Made by a program: the position numbers and the translations under genes. A stretch of 64,000 nt of DNA from Saprospiraceae bacterium (GTDB lineage Bacteria > Bacteroidota > Bacteroidia > Chitinophagales > Saprospiraceae), in assembly GCA_020846655.1 (NCBI GenBank), contig JADLDL010000255.1, forward strand, positions 654 through 64,653. Direction: 5' to 3'. Shown in pieces: positions 1 to 9,400 of the stretch; position 1 is the first letter of the stretch; every line of letters starts with the position of its first letter. The notes under the pieces are model-generated. The model was not told the DNA's origin. It ran no database searches and worked only from the letters and a program-made list of their open reading frames with translations.

Positions 1-761
1 AGGCAAGTTTTGACAAAAATCCAACTGATCCGGATGTTCTGTTTGCCGCAATGGCCCAGGTCGGCGTACAAAGCTTCGGCGCCGGTGGTACACAAAAAAA
101 CCGCGCCCATGAGCACCAGCGCGTTGGGGTGATGAAACAAGATATTGATGGCGTACACCGGGTTCAGGGCTTGAATCACCGACAGGTGTCCGCTCACCTG
201 AATAACCCCTAAAACACCCAGCATGGAGAACCATACCAGCATGACCGGACCAAAAAAGCGCCCCACCGTGGCGGTTCCAAACTGTTGAAAAACAAACAGG
301 GCGGAGATAATCCCGATGGTAATTTGCACAATCGGGATGTGCATACTATGGAAACGTTCGATCGATTCGATTCCCTCGATCGCCGAGCAAACCGAAATAG
401 GCGGTGTGATCATACCTTCCGACAGCACGGCGCAACCGCCGATCATGGCCGGGAAAAGCAGCCATTTGCGCCGCCGGCGCACCAGGGTGTACATCGAAAA
501 TATCCCGCCCTCCCCTTTGTTGTCGGCCTGCAACACCAGCATCACATATTTGAACGTGGTTTGGATCGTAAGTGTCCAGAAAACCAGTGAAACGGCGCCC
601 AGGATGGTATCGCGCACAACGGGTCCGCCCCCGACAATAGAGCGCATCACATACAGCGGGGATGTCCCTATATCGCCATAAATAATGCCGAGGGTGATGA
701 CCAGGCCGGCCAGAGAAAGCCGATGATGATCGGCGTGGGAAGAGGAGCCGTTAGAGTCCAT
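1..761 (-). CDS. kup: KUP/HAK/KT potassium uptake transporter, N-terminal part (gene runs off the left edge)
   Basis: My reverse-strand translation from the ATG at 761-759 reads MDSNGSSSHADHHRLSLAGLVITLGIIYGDIGTSPLYVMRSIVGGGPV..., which carries the YGDIGTSPLY Kup signature. I checked every in-frame triplet down to position 3 and found no stop. It is absent from the ORF track because the window edge truncates it. The + strand ORFs at 285-681 are its shadows. Confidence 0.85.
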   Translation of the reverse strand, partial: MDSNGSSSHADHHRLSLAGLVITLGIIYGDIGTSPLYVMRSIVGGGPVVRDTILGAVSLVFWTLTIQTTFKYVMLVLQADNKGEGGIFSMYTLVRRRRKWLLFPAMIGGCAVLSEGMITPPISVCSAIEGIESIERFHSMHIPIVQITIGIISALFVFQQFGTATVGRFFGPVMLVWFSMLGVLGVIQVSGHLSVIQALNPVYAINILFHHPNALVLMGAVFLCTTGAEALYADLGHCGKQNIRISWIFVKTC

Positions 762-863
762 ATAACGTGCGCTGCACCAGGGTGAACAGGTTTTTCAATG
801 TCAACAAAGGTATACTTTTACCTACCGACGCGAAACCAATCCCTGCTGCAGGGCGGCTGCGCA

Positions 864-2282
864 TTATTTACTGGAATACACCTGGTACTCCCAGGGTTTC
901 ATGTTTAATGTCATTTCTTTGGTCACCTGCAAGGTGCTCCGGCCAAATACATCCGCATAGGGGCCGGCGAGCCGTTCGCCCGGCCGAAGGGTAACAGTAG
1001 TCCGGTCTTTGCTCAAATTGAGGACAACGATCACCCGGTCTCCATCTTTTTCCCGGGTGAATGCATAGACCTGGTTTTCGGCATTGGTAGGAATTTTCTC
1101 CAGGTTTCCGCCCGCCTGGCCGGCCCAAATCGCTTTGTTGATGTGCTTCAGGGTGCACAAGCGGGAAAAGAAATCCTGTTTGGCATATTTTTTCCAACGA
1201 ATGGGGTCTTTTTCAAAAAACTCAAGCCGTTTAACCAGGGCATCCTCCTGGCCGCTATAAATCATGGGCATGCCTTGCCAGGTAAAAGCCAGCACATTGA
1301 AAGCGTCGGCAGATGCGCCATAGAGTTCGGACTCTGTGCCGGACCAGGAGTTTTCATCGTGGTTTTGCGTAAAATACAATTGAGCATACCCTTTGGGGTA
1401 CACCTCGTTGAGGTAGTTGAGCAAGGTATCCAGCGATTGCGCCGTTTGTTTGCCGGCCCAGATGTCTTTGGTAATGTCTTTCCATTTCCAACCGTAGTTG
1501 ACGTTGAAGCAGGATTTGAAATGCCCGGGCTCATCCTGCCATTCGGAGAGCATAAATACGGGCTTTACCGAATCGAGGGCAGGCCGGGCTTGCGCCCAAA
1601 AGTCATTGGGCACCAGGCCGGCCATATCAACCCGGTATCCATCGATATCGCATTCGCGAATCCAGTATTGCATCGCTTTGATCATGGCGTCGCGCAAGTC
1701 AGGGTTGTTGTAGTCCAGGTCGCAAATATCGGCCCAATCTGCAATGGGTTCGCCGTGTTCGTTGAGGGGAACCGTAAAGTCGCCGTTGTAGCGGGTGTAG
1801 TATTCCGGGTGCTCTTGTTTCCAGACAGCATCCCAGGAGGTATGGTTAGGGACCCAATCCAGGATCAGTTTCATGTTCAGGGCATGTGTGGCCCGAACCA
1901 GGTTTTTGAGCTCGTCGAGCGTTCCGAAATCGGGGTTGATCGCATAATAATCCTGCACCGAATAAGGGCTGCCGAGGCTGCCTTTGCGCCTCAATTTGCC
2001 AATTGGATGCACCGGCATGAGCCACAGGACATCTACACCCAGTTCTTTTAGTCGAGGCAATTGCTGGAGTACGCCCTGAAAATTACCTTCCTGCGAAAAT
2101 TGCCGGATGTTGCATTCGTACAGGACGGAATGAGGCGCCCAATCCGGTTGTTGAGGGGTGCCCGCAGGCGCCGGAGCGGCGGTATTGGACGAAGGTGGCA
2201 CAGCAGGAGGGGTTTGATGCTGACAGGAGCTGACAGCACATGCCAGCAGACTAAGCAATATCGAGTGTATAAATATCCGCAT
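864..2282 (-). CDS. GH13 alpha-amylase family protein, probable lipoprotein
   Basis: ORF 864..2327. It has GH13-like blocks (GVDVLWLMPVHP, LILDWVPNHTS, GYRVDMA, FTQNHDE). I chose the internal start MRIFIHSILLSLLACAVSSC (CAT at 2280-2282) because it gives a signal peptide with a lipobox-like Cys. Confidence 0.85.
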   Translation of the reverse strand: MRIFIHSILLSLLACAVSSCQHQTPPAVPPSSNTAAPAPAGTPQQPDWAPHSVLYECNIRQFSQEGNFQGVLQQLPRLKELGVDVLWLMPVHPIGKLRRKGSLGSPYSVQDYYAINPDFGTLDELKNLVRATHALNMKLILDWVPNHTSWDAVWKQEHPEYYTRYNGDFTVPLNEHGEPIADWADICDLDYNNPDLRDAMIKAMQYWIRECDIDGYRVDMAGLVPNDFWAQARPALDSVKPVFMLSEWQDEPGHFKSCFNVNYGWKWKDITKDIWAGKQTAQSLDTLLNYLNEVYPKGYAQLYFTQNHDENSWSGTESELYGASADAFNVLAFTWQGMPMIYSGQEDALVKRLEFFEKDPIRWKKYAKQDFFSRLCTLKHINKAIWAGQAGGNLEKIPTNAENQVYAFTREKDGDRVIVVLNLSKDRTTVTLRPGERLAGPYADVFGRSTLQVTKEMTLNMKPWEYQVYSSK

Positions 2283-2326
2283 GTCGATTCCAGGCGCTTG
2301 TTTTGTGGAGAAATGGAGCGCAGGCA

Positions 2327-2914
2327 CTATTCAGCAGGTAAAGTGCCGGACCCCACGACCCGAACCTGGATACCTGTTACATTGATGGCGGTGTTCCCTT
2401 TCCAGATCATGACAAAGCCCCGGTCGGTAACGTGCCAGGTGTTGTTCAGGTAGGGGTCGTTGCAAGCCACATAAATCTCGTTTTTATCCCGGTCCCAGTT
2501 CCAGCGGCCCGATTCGATGACTTTGCCTTTGATCAGGATATCGAAGGTTTGGTCTTCCCGAAATTTCAACCATTTGGACTGGAAGTGTTTGTGGACGGTG
2601 GTATCGCTGGGCTGGTAGGCCATGTTGAGGTGCCAATAGCCGCTACTCAGGTAGGCTTTGTGGCTGGCGCTGGCTGGCGGCAGCGCGTCCACCGGCACAT
2701 TAACCCGGGCGGGCGGCGCCGCGACCTGATAAGTAAAGGCAGAGTCGGGATTGCTGCCTTCAATGACACGGGAAGCGTTCCAGCCCATCGGCGCAGCCGT
2801 ACCTGTAGGCGCAGCCTCGGAAGTGGCGCCTGTGGGCTGGGATTTCTGGAGGTTTTTGCAGGTGGCCCAACCGACGATGGCGACCAAAATCGAAAGAATA
2901 ATATTAATTTTCAT
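2327..2914 (-). CDS. hypothetical lipoprotein between pgmB and the amylase
   Basis: ORF 2327..2998. The internal start MKINIILSILVAIVGWATC (CAT at 2912-2914) avoids overlap with the upstream gene, which ends at 2923. I recognise no family. Confidence 0.6.
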   Translation of the reverse strand: MKINIILSILVAIVGWATCKNLQKSQPTGATSEAAPTGTAAPMGWNASRVIEGSNPDSAFTYQVAAPPARVNVPVDALPPASASHKAYLSSGYWHLNMAYQPSDTTVHKHFQSKWLKFREDQTFDILIKGKVIESGRWNWDRDKNEIYVACNDPYLNNTWHVTDRGFVMIWKGNTAINVTGIQVRVVGSGTLPAE

Positions 2915-2922
2915 GGCAAATA

Positions 2923-3606
2923 TTAAATGGCTACGCGTGTAGCAAGTTGCGTCAGCAAAGCGTGGAAATGGAGGTTTTCGAAACCTTCGATGACCCAATG
3001 GGCCTTTGAAAGGTCTTCCTGGCGGCCTACACCGATCACGGTAAATCCGCCGAACAGCGCGGCATCAATACCCGGCGGTGACTCCTCCAACACCAGGCAT
3101 TCGGCAGGCGACAGTTGCAACTCCTGGGCAGCCATTAGGAAACACAATGGATCCGGTTTTTGTTTTTTTACTTCGTTGCCATCCAGAATCACATCAAAAA
3201 ACGACTGTATTTGGGTGGAAGATAGTACTGAGCGTGCATTTTGGGACGCTGAAGATAACGCGATTCGAAGGCCCGACTCCCGCACTTCCCGCAGAAACAG
3301 GAGCACGCCAGGCAGGATTTCGCCGGGTTTCATGTTGGAAATCAGGCTTACATACCAATTGTTTTTGACGTCTGCCCAGTGCATTTTTTCCGCCTCCGGC
3401 ATATAAATGCCTCCCCAGTCCAATATCTTATCAAGGCTGGCCAAACGACTCAGGCCTTTCAGTTCCTCGTTTTGTTCTCTGGAATAATCAAACCCAAACT
3501 GGTTGGCCAACCGGCGCCAGGCTTGATAATGATACCTGCCGGTATCCACAATTACACCATCCAGGTTAAAGATGCACCCCTTAATCGTCTGGGCATTATC
3601 CGTCAT
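2923..3606 (-). CDS. pgmB: beta-phosphoglucomutase (HAD superfamily)
   Basis: 227 aa. HAD motif I is DGVIVDT (FNLDGVIVDTGRYHYQAWRRLA). The LKGLSRLASLDKIL block is typical of beta-PGM, and a C-terminal E-S-x-x-G-I motif is present. Confidence 0.8.
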   Translation of the reverse strand: MTDNAQTIKGCIFNLDGVIVDTGRYHYQAWRRLANQFGFDYSREQNEELKGLSRLASLDKILDWGGIYMPEAEKMHWADVKNNWYVSLISNMKPGEILPGVLLFLREVRESGLRIALSSASQNARSVLSSTQIQSFFDVILDGNEVKKQKPDPLCFLMAAQELQLSPAECLVLEESPPGIDAALFGGFTVIGVGRQEDLSKAHWVIEGFENLHFHALLTQLATRVAI

Positions 3607-3748
3607 ACTTGTCGTGCTTTACGGCCGCGAAGTTATTGTAAATTTGACGGAAAGGGGAAGAGATTTTCATTTCCGGGAAATCGAAACGCCGGTAGGGATT
3701 TCGGCTGGCGAGCGCTACTTTTACCGGCCACTAAATCCGGCGAGTAGT

Positions 3749-4339
3749 ATGGAAGCAGCATTTGAGGCCCTGATCGACGGGTTAGTGGAACAACAATATG
3801 GCCTGTCGGCTACCTGTCTTCAGCCAGCGCTGGTTCAGGACCTGCGGATGCAATTGCTGACTCATTTTGAACAAGGTGATTTGATGCCGGCCGGCATCGG
3901 AAACCAGGGGGCCTTCGGGCGCAACCTGAATATTCGCAACGACGTGATTCTTTGGCTGGAAAAAGAACACAACGCCGCCGAAAAAGCCTTTCTGGAGCAA
4001 ATAGAAACCTTTATTGAGTATTTGAACCGCACCTGCTTTACCGGGATCAATGCCTATGAATTCCACTATGCCTTGTATCAAAAGGGGCATTTCTACAAAC
4101 GGCACAAGGACCAGTTCGACAGCGATCAGGGACGCCTCTTTTCCCTCGTGTGTTACCTGAATCCCGGCTGGACAGTCGACATGGGCGGCGCACTGATGCT
4201 TTACCCCGATCAGGAAACGATCCCTGTGCTGCCGGAAGGAGGGCTGGCCGTGTTTTTCAGAAGCGATGAGGTTGAGCATGAAGTCCAGCCGGCAAATGCC
4301 CCGCGGTTGAGCATTGCCGGCTGGTTAAAGCGGGTTTGA
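3749..4339 (+). CDS. 2OG-Fe(II) oxygenase (prolyl-4-hydroxylase-like)
   Basis: ORF 3572..4339, with the start moved to the ATG at 3749 (MEAAFEAL) because the upstream part overlaps pgmB. It has an HxD...H facial triad (KRHKDQF ... VEHEV) and a distal Arg (PRLSIAGW). Confidence 0.75.
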   Translation: MEAAFEALIDGLVEQQYGLSATCLQPALVQDLRMQLLTHFEQGDLMPAGIGNQGAFGRNLNIRNDVILWLEKEHNAAEKAFLEQIETFIEYLNRTCFTGINAYEFHYALYQKGHFYKRHKDQFDSDQGRLFSLVCYLNPGWTVDMGGALMLYPDQETIPVLPEGGLAVFFRSDEVEHEVQPANAPRLSIAGWLKRV

Positions 4340-4348
4340 TCCCGAACA

Positions 4349-6136
4349 CTAATTTACCATCAATTCGTAAGGCAAGCGGGCCTGGATGCCCTGGCTTTTG
4401 CGCAAATCCTGAAGGGTTTTGTAAATGGGGTACAAATCACCCAATTCCGAGCGCATCAAATACGCCTGAATCGCATCGTCGTCGTTTTTGTTGCGGTCCA
4501 ACTTGTCGAACAGTTGTTCCAGGCCGGTTTTCGTTTGCGGGAATTCGGTGATCCGGTATTTTTCCAGGTTGGCGAGTTTGGCAGCAGCCGACAAGGCGCG
4601 GTCCATGCCACCCAGGTCGTCCACCAAACCAATTTCTTTGGCTTTTACTCCCGTCCATACCCGGCCCTGCGCGATTTCATTGATTTGTTCCGGTGTTTTA
4701 TGGCGCCCTTGGGCCACTTTTTGCAGGAAATCCTGGTACACCCATTCCACACGGCTTTGGATCATTTGGCTTTCCTCCGGGGAAAAATCGTACATCACTG
4801 AGCCGAAAGCCGAGTAACGCCCGGTTCGCACGGTATCGGCCGTGATCCCCAGGTTCTCTTTCATCGTTTTTTGCAGGATTGGAATGATCCCAAACACGCC
4901 GATAGAGCCGGTGATGGTGTTGGGTTCGGCAAAAATGCTATCCGCCTGGCAAGCAATGTAGTAGCCGCCGGAAGCCGCCACATCGCCCATGCTGACAACG
5001 ACAGGTTTGCCGGCTTGCTGGCAGAGTTGCACTTCGCGCAGGATATTTTCGCTGGCCAGAACACTGCCGCCGGGCGAATTGACCCGGAGCACAATGGCTT
5101 TTACGTGCTCATCCATCCGGATTTTGCGCAGCATTTTCACATATTTTCCATCGTAAATATCGCCGGGCTCGCCTGTTTCGCCATCGTTGATAGAGCCTTC
5201 AGCGTACACCACTGCGATTTTGTCTTTCGAAGAAATGTCGTATTTCTTAACCCGGGCATCGAAGTAGTCTTCCACGCTGATGCGGTTCAATTTGTCTTTT
5301 TCCTCCAATCCGATTTTGGATTTCATGAGGGCAAACGCCTCGTCTTCGTAGGCAATCCTGTCGATCAGGCGGGCTTTCAGCGCGCTTTCGGCGCTGCGGC
5401 CTTCGTAGTTGTCGGCCAGGCGCCGTAGTTCAGCATCCGGGATGTTTCGGCTTTGGCTGATGTCCTGGATCATCAGGTCGTACAGGCCGGTCAGGTATTC
5501 CCGTACTTGCAAGCGGTTTTCGTCGCTCATTTTATCCATCCGCAAGGGCTCGGTAGCGCTCTTAAATTTGCCGGCATAAAAAATGCGCATTTGGACGTCG
5601 AGTTTATCCAGCATGCCTTTGTAAAAAACGATGGTGCTGGACAAGCCCCGGAAATCGACGGCGCCCACCGGGTTCAGGAGGATGCTGTCGGCGACGGAGG
5701 AGATATAATACGCGTTTTGCGTGTAGAGGTTGGCGTAGGAGACGATGAATTTTCCGGACGATTTGAAGTCCTGCAAGGCTGCCCGCAACACGGAAGAGCT
5801 GGCTTTCCCGGCCGACAGGTACATGGAATTCAAATAAATACCTTTGATATCGGCGTCTTCTTTGGCTTGCTGAATGGCTTTGACCATATCCGTCAAGCCG
5901 AGGATGCTCTTTTGGTCCAGATCGAAGGGGTCGAGGGGCAGGTTGTTTGTTTTTTCGGGAATAGGCATTTCGAATTTCAATTCCAAAACGGAGTTGGACT
6001 GGATGCTCACGTTTTCTTTTTCAGAGGCCCGTTGGGCGACTCCGGTGAGTGACCAAATACCGAAGAAAAACAGCAAAACAAGGGCAAGGAAGGTGCCCAA
6101 GCAGGAAGCAAAAAGAAACTTCAAAAACTGGTTCAT
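4349..6136 (-). CDS. sppA: signal peptide peptidase SppA, 67K type
   Basis: ORF 4349..6208. Two ClpP/crotonase-like halves are present, with the catalytic-Ser block GDVAASGGYYIA. The start MNQFLKFLFASCLGTFLALVLL (CAT at 6134-6136) gives the usual N-terminal TM helix. Upstream ATGs are possible. Confidence 0.85.
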   Translation of the reverse strand: MNQFLKFLFASCLGTFLALVLLFFFGIWSLTGVAQRASEKENVSIQSNSVLELKFEMPIPEKTNNLPLDPFDLDQKSILGLTDMVKAIQQAKEDADIKGIYLNSMYLSAGKASSSVLRAALQDFKSSGKFIVSYANLYTQNAYYISSVADSILLNPVGAVDFRGLSSTIVFYKGMLDKLDVQMRIFYAGKFKSATEPLRMDKMSDENRLQVREYLTGLYDLMIQDISQSRNIPDAELRRLADNYEGRSAESALKARLIDRIAYEDEAFALMKSKIGLEEKDKLNRISVEDYFDARVKKYDISSKDKIAVVYAEGSINDGETGEPGDIYDGKYVKMLRKIRMDEHVKAIVLRVNSPGGSVLASENILREVQLCQQAGKPVVVSMGDVAASGGYYIACQADSIFAEPNTITGSIGVFGIIPILQKTMKENLGITADTVRTGRYSAFGSVMYDFSPEESQMIQSRVEWVYQDFLQKVAQGRHKTPEQINEIAQGRVWTGVKAKEIGLVDDLGGMDRALSAAAKLANLEKYRITEFPQTKTGLEQLFDKLDRNKNDDDAIQAYLMRSELGDLYPIYKTLQDLRKSQGIQARLPYELMVN

Positions 6137-6456
6137 ATCATCCATTGGGTTAAGCAGCGCTTGAACGCCGGAGCGCATCAAGGGTGCGTAGTATTTTTGA
6201 TAGGGCAAAGGAAAAATGCCCGCCGACCAATCCGGTGAAAATTAGATAAAAGGGCATTTTTGCGGGATGTAGCACCTTCATTGGCCCCCTTCCGCAACGT
6301 GGGAATATTTTCGGAGGCAAATCAAAGGGTTCATCCAATTTAACAATTAAATATCCCATAATAAAAGAATTTTGCAACCGCCTGCCCAAAACGAGCGCAA
6401 GAATTAATAGTACTTTTCGGCGAGCATCTCTCATAATCAATCTGCCTCTGTAACGG

Positions 6457-9400
6457 ATGAATTGCACAAAATCTACCCTCTGTTTGCCCCTTTGGACCGG
6501 TCTGTTTCTTTTAACCTTATCGCAAGTGTCGTTTGGTCAGACCTTGCAGGCCTACGATGCCAATTCGGCTCCGTTTACCCCTGAAAATCTGATTTCAAAT
6601 ATCTTCCTGGGCGATGGCGTGGAGGTGACGAATATTACCTACAAGGGCGACCCCGTTTCGGTAGGGTACTTCACCGGCGGCATGCAGGCAGTCGGCATCG
6701 AACGCGGCATTATCATGACCAGCGGGCGGGTAGAAACCGGGAATGTTCTGCTCAATGAGTACGGCGTTGCGGAATTGGGGCAGGAGACCTCTACCGCGAT
6801 GATCAATAGTTTTCCGCAATCCGATCCGGATCTGGCCTCGGTTACGTCGGGTGTATTGTTTGACAACACCATTTACACCATCACCTTTATACCCATTTCG
6901 GACACCCTTCGGTTTCGGTATTCGTTTGCCTCAGAAGAGTATCCCGAATATGTGTGCAGCCAATTCAATGACGTATTTGGGTTCTTTATCCAAGGGCCCG
7001 GATATCCCGTCCCGACAAACATAGCACTCATTCCCAACACCAATATGCCGGTGGCCATCAACAACCTGCACCCTTTGGTGCTCATGCCCGCTTTAGGCAC
7101 AGGCCCTTGTGCAGCCATTAATGCGCAATACTACCTCGACAACGATTTGACCCAAAAACAACCCTGTTTTGACGGCATTACCCAGGTTTTTACCGCCGAA
7201 GCCATCGTGGTGCCCTGCCAAACCTACACCATCAAATTGGCTATTTCGGATGTAGGCGACTGGGCGCTGGACTCCGGCGTTTTTCTGGAGGCCAAAAGTT
7301 TTGGGACCGGCAATTTGCGCGCTGAATTGGCCACCCCTGGTCTCGACGGCACAGTCACAGAAGGTTGCGCCTCCGGAATGCTGTCGTTTAAACTACCAAC
7401 ACCGGCCACACAGGATTTTCCTCTGGATTATAAAATACTCGGAACGGCAACCAATGGCCTGGACTACCAAACCATCCCGGCAAACCTGTTCATCGCCCAA
7501 GGCAGTACTAGTGTGTCGGTGCCTATTGTAGCCTTCGAAGACAACCTGTCGGAAAGCAACGAATACCTGGCCATCGATGTGCGCCGCGACCCTTGCCACC
7601 GCGATACGATTCTGATTTTCTTGCGGGACAACACGATTCAAGGCCCGGATTTGCTAAAGGATACTGCGCGTTGCCTGGGCGCCGCTTCTTTGTCGCTCAA
7701 CGGCACCTTGCCCGTCCCGGTGCCGCAGCCGCCCAGTTTCAGCAATGCCACGGATCTCAGTATCAGCCCGGTCAATACAACCCTAAGTTCTACTGTAAAT
7801 GTTTTTGGCGTGTTTCCAACGGTCTTGCAACCGGGTATGATCCGGTCGGTTTGTGTCAACATCAACCATGCCTGGGTCGATGATCTGGATCTGTACCTGG
7901 TTTCACCCGGCGGGCAATTTTTGGAGCTGATGACTGACTGCGGGGCCAATGGTAAAAACTTTACTAATACCTGTTTCACCCCTTTGGCACCGCAAAAAAT
8001 AGGGCAAGCAACGGCAGTACAGGCGCCGTTCACCGGCAACTGGCAGCCGGAAGGCTTGTGGTCGGACCTTTGGAGCGGACTTTCGCCGGTGAACGGCGCC
8101 TGGAAGTTGCAATTGATTGACGACCAAAACGGTATTGTGGGCACACTGACCGATTGGAGTATCACCTTCGAGCCCTTGTATGAAATAAATTATCAATGGA
8201 CGCCCGGTACGGGGCTGTCCTGCCCCAGTTGCCCGCTTACCGATGCGACTCCGGCAGCCTCCACTACCTATACCTTACAGGCGACCGACTCCTATGGATG
8301 CCAGGTGCGCGATTCAGTTCGGGTACAGGTGGGCCAATCCCTGTCCGCTCCGGCACTGACGTGCGGCAACAGCACGAACGATAATATTTCATTTGACTGG
8401 ACGGCTGTGGCCGGCGCCAGCGGATACGAAGTCAGTATCAACGGCGGGCCTTGGCTGGCGTCATCCGGTTCAAATTCTCACCTGGTAGACGGGCTTAACC
8501 CCGGTGCGCAAGTCACGCTGGCCGTCAGGGCGACAGGAGGCAGTTCGGCCTTTTGCCCGGCTCTGGTGGCTTCGGCGGTTTGTTCCAATTGCAAACCACC
8601 TTTGGTAGGGAAGACCGAAAAACCGGAAACCTGGTCCGGCATAGGCAATGGTTCGGTAACGCTCACCACAGACAACGCCAATCCTCCGTATACCTTCCAA
8701 CTCAATGCACAAACCAACACCACTGGTATATTTACCAATTTGCTTGCCGGTAATTACACAGCCACGATAACGGACAATTCCGGTTGCGAAACCCTGGTAG
8801 CCGTGGGCATTGGATCTTCCACTCTGGTGGTGACCATCACGCCCACCAATGTCACCTGTTTTGCCGGCGATGATGGTAAAGCAGCAGCTACAGTAACCGG
8901 CGGAGTGCTTCCCTTGACCTTCAAATGGTCGGACGCCGCCGGGCAAACCATCCCTACGGCCGTTAACCTGAAAGCCGGCACGTATACGGTGACGGTAACT
9001 GGCGCCGACGGCTGCGTCGGCACAGCCAGCGTCACCCTCACCCAGCCACCAGATATCGTCATTTTTGTGACAGCCAGCCCGGCAAAATGCTTTGGCGACT
9101 CCACCGGTTCGGCCACCGTGACCGTACAAGGCGGTGTGGCGCCCCTGCAATATGCCTGGAGCAATGGGCAAACCGGCCCCATGGCGGTTAATCTCCCGGC
9201 CGGGAGCTACGCCATTACGGTGACGGATGCGAAACTTTGCGCCAAAACATCGTTTGCCCTGATTGGTCAACCCACACAAATTCAGGCCAATGCGACGACC
9301 AATGCCGTTACCTGCAATGGCTTGAGCAATGGCTCTGCTACCGTCACGGCGTCCGGTGGCATTCCACCCTTAACCTACAAATGGAGTGACCCGGCCGGCC

